Shown: positions 41,049 to 52,930 of the stretch, in pieces | How the letters are laid out: the number at the start of each line of letters is the position of its first letter | Position numbering within the stretch: position 1 is the first letter of the stretch | DNA from: Octopus sinensis | Taxonomy: Eukaryota | Direction of reading: 5' to 3' | DNA length: 64,000 bases | NCBI RefSeq assembly: GCF_006345805.1 | Contig: NC_043006.1 | Coordinates: 23,188,001-23,252,000, forward strand | Position numbers and translations under genes: made by a program | Notes under the pieces: model-generated | Told to the model about the DNA's origin: nothing | Database searches by the model: none | What the model saw: only the letters and a program-made list of their open reading frames with translations

Positions 41049-41432
41049 GGAGGCGCAATGGCCCAGTGGTTAGGGCAGCGGACTCGCGGTCATAGGATCG
41101 TGGTTTCGATTCCCAGACCGGGCGTTGTGAGTGTTTATTGACCGAAAACACCTAAAAGCTCCACGAGGCTCCGGCAGGGGATTGTGGTGATCCCTGCTGT
41201 ACTCTTTCACCACAACTTTCTCTCACTCTTACTTCCTGTTTCTGTTGTACCTGTATTTCAAGGGGCCGGCCTTGTCACACTCTGTGTCACGCTGAATATC
41301 CCCGAGAACTACGTTAAGGGTACACGTGCCTGTGGAGTGCTCAGCCACATACACGTTAATTTCACGAGCAGGCTGTTCCGTTGATTCGGATCAACCGGAA
41401 CCCTCATCGTCGAAACCGACGGAGTGCTTCCG
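41049..41432 (+). mobile_element. SINE family C with 11-bp TSD
   Basis: Close copy of 13362-13734; TSD TATTAAATAAA. Confidence 0.92.
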
Positions 41433-41487
41433 TATTAAATAAAATAATATCACAACTTAATGATAATACATCCGCCATTGAAAGAAA

Positions 41488-41525
<38 letters not shown>

Positions 41526-41732
41526 TCCTAGACGTATAAAATGGGAAACGAAATATAAAAGACGCCCGCGACAAGGTCTTAACCCTAATCTAAGTTACCC
41601 GTGTTATTTTTGTGTCTCCGCTGAATTTTCTCTAACAACGCCGCCTTCCTGTCATCGGTTAAACATTAAACGAAATTTGCACCACTGCATTTATATACAC
41701 ACACACAGACGCGCATACACATATACACACAC

Positions 41733-41800
<68 letters not shown>

Positions 41801-42343
41801 TATGTACGTATACATTTATACACATATGTGAATGTGTGCGTGCGTGTACACACACACACATTCATACATATATATATATATTTATATGTATGTATACAGA
41901 GATACGTATATATACACACACATACACATATATACAGATAATAGATATAGATGTGTGTGTGTATATGTACACACACACACATACACACATAAAAGCGGAA
42001 AAAATAGATGGAGAGTTCATTTCTTTAATCAATCCCGCCAATGGGTAGGGGTGACCACGATATAAAAAGAACTACAGCAAACAAGAAACCAACGTAACAA
42101 GGAAATAATGAAAACGCCGAGTGACAGGCGAAAGGGTGAGGCGTAATTTTCATTGGAATTCAATTAATAATGATTGGTCCTTTCGGTTTCTTTTGTCCTG
42201 CTCACGTGGGAGTGTAGCATTTTGTGATTGGATAATGTTACAAATTGTCAACAAGTTTGGAAGATGACGGCACATATTGGCGTATGAAAATACACTCGCA
42301 CAAGAAACATTTTCACATCCACACACATACATACATCCACGTG

Positions 42344-42423
<80 letters not shown>

Positions 42424-42861
42424 TATTATAGATACCAGTGTACGATGTCTTACCAAAATGGAAAACTATAGTCACTAAATATGACTAGGGTGTTAGAAAC
42501 ACCCACATTGCTAGAAATAGTAGCTAAATGCTGTAATGCTGTAGTTAAAGCACATAATTGTAAAGATATATATTGTCAAGGACTATAATCGCCCGAAAAC
42601 ACCCATCGTGATTTACTTATATATATATATTCCTTTATTCTTTTACTTGTTTCAGTCATTTGACTGCGGCTATGCTGGAGCACCGGTTTTAGTCGAACAA
42701 ATTGACTCCAGACTTATTCTTAGTAAGCCCGGTACTTACTCTATCGGTTCCTTTGCCGAACCGCTAAGTTACGGGGACGTAAACACACCAACATGAGTTG
42801 TCAAGCGATGCTAGGGAGAGAAACACAAATACATGCATACATAATACACACACACACATAC

Positions 42862-42941
<80 letters not shown>

Positions 42942-43186
42942 GACGGGCTTCTTTCAGTTTCCGTCAAGCAGATCCACTCACAAGGCTTTGGTCGGCCCGA
43001 GGTTGTAGTAGAAGACACTGCCCAAGGTGCCACGCAGTGGGACTGAACCTGGAACCATGGGGTGGGAAGCAAGCTTCTTACCACACAGCCACTCCAGCGC
43101 CTATAAAAGCCTAACAATGTGTATATGTGTATGCGTATATATATATATCTATATATATATATATTTAAACGTATGTATTATATATG

Positions 43187-43258
<72 letters not shown>

Positions 43259-43259
43259 G

Positions 43260-43291
<32 letters not shown>

Positions 43292-43305
43292 GTTTATTAT
43301 ATATA

Positions 43306-43500
43306 TGTTATATTTCGGAATGGTCATTTTGCCAGTTTAGCCAATAAAAACACACGCTCTATATATTTGGTGTTATTTTGCTTCAGTGCGTGTGTTTTTA
43401 TTGGCTAAACTGGCAAAATTACCATTCCGAAATATAAACAATATCTGTTTCAACACACGACTTCACATAAAAAATCTTGTACAACAAATATATAAACGTG
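43306..43500. mobile_element. Collapsed palindromic PLE end
   Basis: TATATTTCGGAATGGT..AAAAACACACGC followed by its reverse complement; same sequence as the inverted ends of 45347-46555. Confidence 0.75.
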
Positions 43501-43506
43501 TTTATA

Positions 43507-43549
<43 letters not shown>

Positions 43550-43551
<2 letters not shown>

Positions 43552-45200
43552 AGATAAGAAAATGGAGAAATACATCTAAATCAAATATCAATTACCAGAT
43601 AATACTCAATCACATACTTTATTAAACCACCACATAAGAGACTGTAGGATTAAATATAAAAAGCAGAACAAATCAGTGTACATAAAGGAATGTTCATAAA
43701 AAATGTACATAAAAGAGTAATGTTGTATAATAAGTAGAATATATATAAAAGAGAATATAAATATAAGTATAAATTACATCTTACAGCTGTTTCGGCCATG
43801 TCGATAAGTATGTCTCATTTTACCAATATTAGCCCTTTATGGTTGGTCAATATCTCTTATTATAAAAAGCAGATTTTATCTGCCTCCCTTTGTCAGTTAT
43901 AGAAATCTACAATATAGGATTTCTTCAATTACAATTTACCTAGCATTTTTAAGAGTAGAATGCATCGGGTTTTGCCAGGTCCAGTTTTTAAAATTTAAAC
44001 TCCAATTAAGCAAAATTTACAGAAAACTCACATTCTGGTGTGTATGTCAAATGCTTTTCTTAGTCTGGTTTACAGCACACGTAAACGCACACACAGTGTG
44101 CAACGAATAAAGTGAAACTAGATGTAATATTTGTTTCTGTCTATCACGCTGATAGATACATGAGTAAAATGTATGGCAAGCTAACAGATAAGAGTGAGTG
44201 AAAATGTTCTTGGAAGAGAGTAAATAGCGACAGAGTGATTTGAGGAAGACTAAACTGAAAGTATGAAACAGTGTTTATGTATAAAAAGACGACACATATA
44301 TAAACCCTTTCGTTACCAAACCCCCGAATTTACCTATTCATATTTAAATGAGAATATCAGAGTAAATCTCTTTAGTACATTCGTGAAAACACATATTATA
44401 CTTCGTAAACACTTCAAATACAGTTTTGTACAAAAATCGAAGTGTAATTTTAATTCCGTGAATTATGGGAGATTTTTTCCGAAATTTGTTCCTATTGTGT
44501 TTTCAAAATTTGTAATTCTGACAAAAAATGGATACGAATTTCATTATATCAAGCAGCGAGTCAGAATTCGAAGGATTTTCTACTGAAGACCTTCATAAAT
44601 CTAACTCTATGACTGAAAAAAAAAGCATCTTTATATAAGAGTGAAGTTGTGTGTCTGTCCCCTACGATTTAGATTCGTAACTACTCCCACATTTTGCGGT
44701 GCAGTTTAACCAAAAGCGGGTATCTTATAGTCGTGATTCATATCGAGCCCTTCTGGGTATTAGCGCGCGTCTACGATGAGTCTACGATTTTAAAAAAATT
44801 TACCATCATATTTTTCCATTTTAATGCATTTTTTCGCTTTTATATAAGGGAAGTAACTCTCTAAAAATATCTACGATGTGTCAACGATTTAAAAAAAAAA
44901 TTTACCTTAATTTTTTTTCAATTTTTAATGCATTTTTTGCAATTTTTTGGCTATAACTCTCTAAAAATGCTTATATAGTTATTTCCCTTACAACCCGAGC
45001 AACGCTGGGCGATACTGCTAGTATAGATATAAATGAGACATTTACAAAAATATCACAAGGCCTCTTCAGAGACTGGTAATTGATATTTGATTTAAATGTA
45101 TTTCTCCATTTTACCTTTGCCCATATAATACAGTAAATGAATTGATTGCATCGCAATCATTAACATTTATGTATTAACTTTGTTGGGTACTTCACTAGCA
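43550..45200 (-). mobile_element. PLE-like terminal repeat with a split hammerhead and nested insertions
   Basis: Inverted ends 43560-43598 and 45073-45112; hammerhead halves GTCT CTGAAGA GGCC (45073-45059) and GGCC GAAA CAGCTG TA AGAT (43797-43778). Confidence 0.7.
44628..45021 (+). mobile_element. Non-autonomous Helitron
   Basis: A|TCTTTATATAAG..CCCGAGCAACGCTGGG..CTAG|T; reverse complement of 28818-29213. Confidence 0.88.
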
Positions 45201-45254
45201 GTATATTGGATATATGTTATCCCATAGAGGGTTGCATTTACAACCCCAATCTCA

Positions 45255-45335
<81 letters not shown>

Positions 45336-45346
45336 CATATGTTTAT

Positions 45347-46555
45347 TGTTATATTTCGGAATGGTCATATTGCCAGTTTAGCCAATAAAAACACACGCAC
45401 TATATATGGTGTTATTTTGCTTCAGTGTTATTTATTTTTTACATTAATCTTAATCTTATTTCGGCCAGAGTTCTTTCGTCACACTCCTGTGACCGCATCA
45501 GTGGTCCTTTGTTTTCTTCTTTCTTATTTGTGTCTCTCCTTACTAACCGTCAGCCATTTTGTATTTCTATTGTATGTCTTCATTTGCGCATGCTTATATC
45601 TCTATGTGCGTCTATGTTTATTTAGTGTGTGTATGTGGGGGGATGCCTGTAATATTTGTATCTTCTGTTTATATACGTTCATGTAATTTGTTTTTGTTGT
45701 TGTTGTTTATTCTTATTTTGTTCATGTGTTTTCATCCACTTATTATTATCATTACATATGCTTGTATGTATGTATGTATAACAACAATACTAGTAATAAT
45801 AATAATAAATCGAATCGAAAAAAAAAAAATATATATATGTATATATAGTTATTTATTTCTATTTGTCTATTTATCTGTGTATTTATTATGTTTTCGGGAT
45901 CCTCTATCGTCATAAGTTGTGGTGTGTGCTAGTGCTCCATTCTAGTTTTCTATTCAGGCTAGGTTTATTTTCTATTATGTGTGTAATTGTCTAATTGTTG
46001 CATCTGTTCTATGTGTGGACAATATTTTAATTTCTATGTTATTGATTGATCCCCCGTGTTCCTGTTCGGCGTGTTGGTACAGAATCGATGAGCTTTTACC
46101 TTCCTTGAGTCGTCTCCAATTATTCATTTACTCGCTCTCCTATGCTTCTTGCCGTTTCCCCTATGTATGTCGTTGTCTTGTTACTGCATCATCCCTCTAT
46201 ACATCTTATACTATAGACTACATTTCTGACTTTACAGTTTGTTTGTGGGCTAAATCTACATACAGTACAATACTTATCCGTACAGGGGGTTCTACTAAAA
46301 GGATAGGTTCTACCAATTATAGATTTCATAGGGTTGCCTGGCTGTTCAACAACCTTAATTCTTAGCTTAAGTTTGTCGAAATAAGATTAAGATTAATGTA
46401 AAAAATAAATAACACTGAAGCAAAATAACACCAAATATATAGTGCGTGTGTTTTTATTGGCTAAACTGGCAATATGACCATTCCGAAATATAACAATATC
46501 TGTTTCAACACTCGACTTCACATAAAAAATCTTGCACAACAAATATTTAAACGTA
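45347..46555 (-). mobile_element. 5'-truncated Penelope-like element (GIY-YIG remnant) with inverted terminal segments
   Basis: PFSRTPCTDKYCTVC..NCKVRNVVYSIRC..YIGETARSIGERVNE at ~46120-46365; 45347-45463 is inverted at 46377-46497. Confidence 0.85.
45463..45507 (-). ncRNA. Minimal hammerhead-like motif, variant core
   Basis: CCA CTGATGCG GTCAC-AGGAGT-GTGAC GAAA GAAC TC TGG. Confidence 0.55.
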
Positions 46556-47162
46556 TATATGTTTATATATATATAATATATATATACACATATATTATAT
46601 GATACATGATTTCTTTGCATATATATTGTATATTTAGTATCTTATAATATAATATACATATATATACATACATACATACATACATTTATACATACATACA
46701 TACATACATACATACATACATACATACATACATACATACATACATACATACGTACATACGTACGTACGTACGTATATAGTCACACGAATACGTGTGTTTA
46801 TGTTTATGTGAATGTGCGTGTGCGTGCCTGTATATGTCAAGTGTATATCATGACATTTCTCATTCAGATAGGATAGAAAAGCAGTTTCTGAGGTGAACCG
46901 GAAGCAGCATCAAAAGCTGCAACAATAACAGCACTGACAGCAACAACGTTGTTAACAACAATACAACAGGAAGCAAACAGTTGCCAATTATGCTTTCTAA
47001 TTTTGTCACAAGGCCAGTAATTTTGAGGGGCTGGTGGTTAATCGATATCATCCGTTTCAGTACTTGAATGGTATTTCATTTTGTTATATAGACCCCCCGA
47101 AAGAATTACGACCTCGGCAGCATTTAGAGACAGGATAGAGGGTAAAAGAAAGACCGAGAGAG

Positions 47163-47228
<66 letters not shown>

Positions 47229-47458
47229 TAACATAAGACGTACAGTATGAATGATATACTCTTGACATCGAAGCAGGTAATGATAACTTTCTGAGAAATA
47301 CTCAATTTTTAAAATGAAATTTTGCAGAGATAGAGATTCGATGGAGTAGATTGCAATGACGTTGATAAAATTAAATGTATGTATGTATGTTATATATAAA
47401 AATATACATTCATACATACATACGTACATACATACATACATACATACATACATACATA

Positions 47459-47494
<36 letters not shown>

Positions 47495-47579
47495 AAATTG
47501 GTCATTCCAAGCATCGAGTTTGTAAACGGTGTTATTGAATTGAGGGTATATACATATACATATACATATATATATATAT

Positions 47580-47624
<45 letters not shown>

Positions 47625-47630
<6 letters not shown>

Positions 47631-49138
47631 TAAACAGTAAAATTAATTACAGACATGGACAAGAACATGAAACACCACAGAGACGACACAAGAACCACAG
47701 GACGGGACATTCGAAGCCCTCAGTCATCAGTCAAGAACCAGATCATCTTAGCAATTTCGGCTGATTAATCTTGAGATTGCTCCGATATGGCCAGCCCGCC
47801 AAGGGAAATCTAAGCCAAGCGCATTAGATCCCCTGGAAGAAAGCTCGAATGTATACAACGAAAGGACGGAAAACGATCGAAGTACACAAACAAAAATACA
47901 GAATACGTGACACCAATAAGAATACAAAAACGTAAAAACAATAACGGTAAAAATAAAAAATAAACAACAAAACAAAACCAGGACGTAGGACAAGGGTCTT
48001 TCGACAGGACGATTTGAGTAGGGGCTGGCTTGTGAAGTTGTGCCTAAAGGCCACGGGGAGACGAACAAATACGTGTTGCTTCTGAGGCTGCTGAAAACGA
48101 AAAGAGCGCTCAACAGCGGCTAGCTGTCACGTGAGAACAAAAGACAGGAGAAAGGGACAGATGAAAAGGGAGAGAAGGTGGACGAGGGAGGAGAAGAAAG
48201 AGACAGATCGAGGGGGCTGGAGGTGAGAGAGATAGAGAAACGTAGAAAGGGGGGGGGACGGATGGAGAGGGAAAGAAAGGAGTGGAATAAGGGAGGAGAG
48301 AGAGAGAGAGAAAAAGAGACAGATTAAGAGTCGTATCAAAGCTTGAGAAAAAAATATACTTATCGTATAAGGACAATTGTGGATACGTAGCCGCCGATTA
48401 TATAGGTAAACAGTAAAATTAATTACAGACATGGACAAGAACATGAAACACCACAGAGACGACACAAGAACCACAGGACGGGACATTCGAAGCCCTCAGT
48501 CATCAGTCAAGAACCAGATCATCTTAGCAATTTCGGCTGATTAATCTTGAGATTGCTCCGATATGGCCAGCCCGCCAAGGGAAATCTAAGCCAAGCGCAT
48601 TAGATCCCCTGGAAGAAAGCTTCGAATGTATACAACGAAAGGACGGAAAACGATCGAAGTACACAAACAAAAATACAGAATACGTGACACCAATAAGAAT
48701 ACAAAAACGTAAAAACAATAACGGTAAAAATAAAAAATAAACAACAAAACAAAACCAGGACGTAGGACAAGGGTCTTTCGACAGGACGATTTGAGTAGGG
48801 GCTGGCTTGTGAAGTTGTGCCTAAAGGCCACGGGGAGACGAACAAATACGTGTTGCTTCTGAGGCTGCTGCTGAAAACGAAAAGAGCGCTCAACAGCGGC
48901 TAGCTGTCACGTGAGAACAAAAGACAGGAGAAAGGGACAGATGAAAAGGGAGAGAAGGTGGACGAGGGAGGAGAAGAAAGAGACAGATCGAGGGGGCTGG
49001 AGGTGAGAGAGATAGAGAAACGTAGAAAGGGGGGGGGACGGATGGAGAGGGAAAGAAAGGAGTGGAATAAGGGAGGAGAGAGAGAGAGAGAAAAAGAGAC
49101 AGATTAAGAGTCGTATCAAAGCTTGAGAAAAAAATATA
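47625..49138 (-). repeat. Head-to-tail partial tandem, period 776 bp, PLE/retrozyme-like, in (TA)n
   Basis: GGTAAACAGTAAAATT at 47629 and 48405. The copies differ by two small indels as far as I can see; 48359-48399 is present once. Confidence 0.9.
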
Positions 49139-49349
49139 TATATATATATGTATGTTTATCTGTGTGTGCCTTTGTGTCTGTGTCTGTCGCTCCACCATCG
49201 CTTGACAACCGATGTTAGTGTGTTTATATTCCCGTAACTTACCGGTTCGGCTAAAGATGACGATATAATAAAAACTAAGCTTACAAAGAATAAGTCCTGA
49301 GGTGGTGCTCCAGCATGGACGCAGTCAAATGACTGAAACGTGTAAAAGA

Positions 49350-49390
<41 letters not shown>

Positions 49391-49526
49391 TATTATATAT
49401 ATATTATATATATATATGTATGTATATATATATATATATATAATATATATATATATATACATATATATATGTATGTATATATATTATATATATATATAAT
49501 ATATACATATATGTATATGTATATGT

Positions 49527-49875
49527 ATATACCCTCAATTCAATAACACCGTTTACAAACTCGATGCTTGGAATGACCAATTTTAAATACTATTGGAACT
49601 TACTCACAAGGTACTGGAATCTTATATGTATACCATTCTGCTTAAATAATGAAACTGCAGAAACAATATCCCTGCATATCTCTCGTCTGTTTTCATTTCT
49701 CCACTTCACTTTCTATTTCATTCTTCTCTAGAATAACTATTGTTTAACCATCTTCTCACACCGTCTCCGATGAAGGGATATATAAAATATCCCGGAAACA
49801 GCTGTAAGACCTTCTCTTTATAAATGTCCTGAAATCTTTCACAGCCTTGAATTTTTATCTCATTCTGTTAATTTA
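49527..49875 (+). mobile_element. PLE terminal repeat with hammerhead-like motif; first ~60 bp inverted at 47491-47550
   Basis: GTCT CCGATGA A GGGATA..TATCCC G GAAA CAGCTG TA AGAC at 49763-49810. Confidence 0.7.
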
Positions 49876-50147
49876 TATATATATATATATATATATATAG
49901 GTACATACACACACGCACATGACGGGTGTCTTTCAGTTTCCGTTTACTAAATCCACTCCAAAGCTTTGGTCGCCCCGATGCTTGAGTAGAAGACACTTGC
50001 CCAAGGTACCACGCAGTAGGACTGAACTCGGAACCATGTGGTTAGGATGCAAGCTTCTTACCACACAAGAAAAAGGACAACAAAACCAAGGCAGGACAGA
50101 TATCTCAAGTCATTTAGAATATTTAATTAAGGTAAGGTGAATTTGAA

Positions 50148-50221
50148 GTCTTACAGCTTTTTCTGGGATATCCCAAGTGATAGGCTAACGTCTGTACACT
50201 GGGTATTCCGTCGTCAGAGAC
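50148..50221 (-). ncRNA. Type I hammerhead motif with degenerate stems II and III
   Basis: GTCT CTGACGA CGGAATACCCAGTG..CACTTGGGATATCCCA GAAA AAGCTG TA AGAC. Confidence 0.6.
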
Positions 50222-51571
50222 AAGGCGAGTATGTATGAAAGATCTAGACAGGGAAATTCACAGTTTATAAGGAATAAAATAGTAGATAGATGAATAAAGA
50301 GTAAAACAGTAGATAGAAAAATACAGACAGGAGAATAAAGTTCACAGCTCATCTTCTTCCAGAACGTATGGAGGTTGGTCCGTACTTCCGTGAAGGTATA
50401 GGACCTTAGGTGTAATCTCAGGTAAATCCAGGCTGTATTTTAACAGTATTTTGAATGTTGCGTTCATGTTGAAGGAATATAATTAAGTGGTTAGCTAATA
50501 TGAAAATGGTCCACGAAGGTATATAGAGTGAGAAAGACAGACATCATGATAGATAGATAGATATGGGTTGTGAATGAGTGACTAGAAGAAAGATGAGAAA
50601 GAGAGAAAAAAGAAAGGAATGGGATAGGTGTAGGAAAGAATGAATGAGAGTGAAAGTAAAATAAAAAATAAAGATAAAGATACGATGTTAGTATTTTTCT
50701 TCGTAAGGGTCGTTTCGAGGTGAGAGGTCAGGCGTTATGGTTTTGGTAAAGTGGAGGAGGAAGGCATTTATGCTTATTAAATAAATAGATGAATTCTAGG
50801 TTCGGTGTAGTGAGAAAGAAAATTTAGTTCAGTGGTCAGCAGGGATAGTTAAAAAATAGATACCTAGCTTAAGGGAGTATATATAGGATCAAGATACGAT
50901 TAAATGGATAAAGGATTAAAAATTAAAGAATTAAAAATTAAAGAATTAAAAATTAAAAAGGTTTTATATTAAAAATTAAAATTAAAAATATAAAATCTTA
51001 AAAAGATTATTGCAGCGAGTTATCTTCTATGATATTTATGTTGATAGAAAAGAAAAGAAAAAATAACGACTGTGGATGCATATAGGCAAGTCACATGCAT
51101 TTGGACCTATGGAAGAATCTAAAGGTGCGATAGAATTTATGTTTACATGTAGAGAAAGCTTCGTGTTGCTTATTGAGTAATTGTGGTGAATTATAAATTA
51201 ATATTTGGAGGGCTTCTTTCTGGCAGAATCCACACGTAGAACGTAGGACTCCAGAATCTATTATGGTATTTTTTATCTATCAGATGGTGTATGTGGTTGG
51301 CTAGGGACGTGAATTTGCTATGCCCCTCATTTAAATGGGTTTGGATGTGCAAAATATCTTTGTTTAATATTGATAGTAGATCTGATGTAATAGCTAGTAG
51401 AATTGTGTGATATGTTGTGGACAATGCATTTATATACCACGTTAAACCTTCTGTTATGGGCTTGCAGCAGGCATTCGTTCCCAGACCGACAGTTGCAGCT
51501 ATCTCTCTTACGTGGGCTAGTTGTGGAAAGGGATGATGCTGTACTATTTATGTATAATTTTTTGACTATGG

Positions 51572-52108
51572 GTAGATTGCAATGACGTTAATAAAATTAA
51601 ATGTATGTATGTTATATATAAAAATATACATTCATACATACATACGTACATACATACATATATGTTCATTTACCCGCTCTCCTATGCTTCTTGCCGTTTC
51701 CCCTACGTATGTCGTTGTCTTGTTACTGCATCGTCCCTCTATACATCTTATACTATAGACTACATTTCTGGCTTTACAGTTTGTTTGTGGGCTAAATCTA
51801 CATACAGTACAGTACTTATCCGTACAGGGGGTTCTACTAAAAGGATAGGTTCTACCAATTATAGATTTGATAGGGTTGCCTGGCTTTTCAACAACCTTAA
51901 TTCTTAGCGTAAGACCCGCAGAAGAGAGCATCGACGGATGGATGAATGCGCATCCAGGCTCAGCTGTTGCGTAGGAAGTCGGGGACAAGAAACAGGAAGA
52001 AAGAGTGAGAGAAAGTTGGAGCGAAAGAGTACAACAGAGTACAAGAGTAAACGAGAGGAAGGTGAACTCTTACATGTAAACTAAATTCATTGCTTTACTC
52101 ATTGCCGA
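51572..52108 (+). other. Composite templated insertion built from three local sources
   Basis: 51572-51660 ~ 47346-47440; 51665-51908 ~ 46123-46366; 51908-52108 ~ 55097-55323. Confidence 0.85.
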
Positions 52109-52405
52109 TTTGTCTTGTATATTCTTACTGATTCGTCTTAAGTCCGATTTTGTGGGGAAGATCAGTCTTATAGAGGGTTGGGTTATGAAACCTACTTTGT
52201 GGTCTTTAAGGTTGAAATGCAGGGCTCTTGAGTTGCAGGGCTCCGTGCGATCGTCTACTCCAAGTTTGTTCATTAGTTTACAGTGACTGATGTTAATGGT
52301 ATCTAGGGCGGACACCGGGGCTGTCTTGCAGAACTTGTATAATTCTTTACTAATAAAGCCAATGTATTCCTCAATAGTAAGTGAATATATATTTCCAGTT
52401 TTATC

Positions 52406-52930
52406 TTTGGGCAACTGATAATCACATGCGTGATGTCTTCCACAGAAATATGACATAATCTACATTTTCGTTTGCATTCTGGAATTACAAGGGCTTCACT
52501 GTTTCTTTTGTTTGTTAGGTATTTAGTAGCAATCTCCTGTCCTTGGATAGCAAATGCATAGCCTTCGAAGAGTTGTGAAGTGATGTAGCGGTCACGAGTC
52601 TAAGAAAGGTTTTGCTTTATGTCAATATCATTGCCTTCTTCAAGTCTTTGGGAAGCATACTCATGCATGGACTTTTTATTTATTATTATAATTATTATAT
52701 ATTTTTTTGTATACTGAGTGTTTCATACCTAGTTCTCCTTTGAGGTATGTTAGTCCAGCTGTTTTAGGGTTGCCGACACGTAAGATATTGTTCTCTTCAC
52801 TTTTCGGCACTAAGTTCATGAATTTATTTTTTCTGCTTGAGAAAGAGACTATATGACATTCGTAGGCTGCCTGCACTGATCTCAAGCATCTATCTCTTCT
52901 TAGTAGACCCTCTCAACGTCACTATTCCTG
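52406..52930 (-). mobile_element. R4/Dong-type non-LTR fragment
   Basis: FEGYAFAIQGQEIATKYL followed by KCRLCHISVEDITHVIISCP (CCHC finger preceding the RLE endonuclease); abuts the PLE at ~52405. Confidence 0.75.

Larger units (their letters stand above)
50070..52405 (-). mobile_element. Decayed Penelope-like element (Naiad-like by motif) lacking its RT core
   Basis: DKTGNIY..NLKDHKVGFITQPSIRLIFPTKSDLRRISKNI (RT N-terminal region); SCNCRSGNECLL..NVVYKCIV (GIY-YIG); LLNKQHEAFSTCKH C-terminus; hammerhead in the 3' repeat. Confidence 0.85.

Noticed and set aside
46180-46200. In-frame TGA near cysteines in a PLE endonuclease (selenocysteine, as reported for some Naiad elements)
   Set aside because: The copy at ~51732 has CGA, consistent with CpG decay. 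No SECIS was recognised, and the CNCR motif at ~51490 uses normal Cys codons.
51632-51988. 118-aa GIY-YIG ORF as a novel gene
   Set aside because: Chimeric frame made of SINE, PLE and microsatellite pieces within the templated patch.
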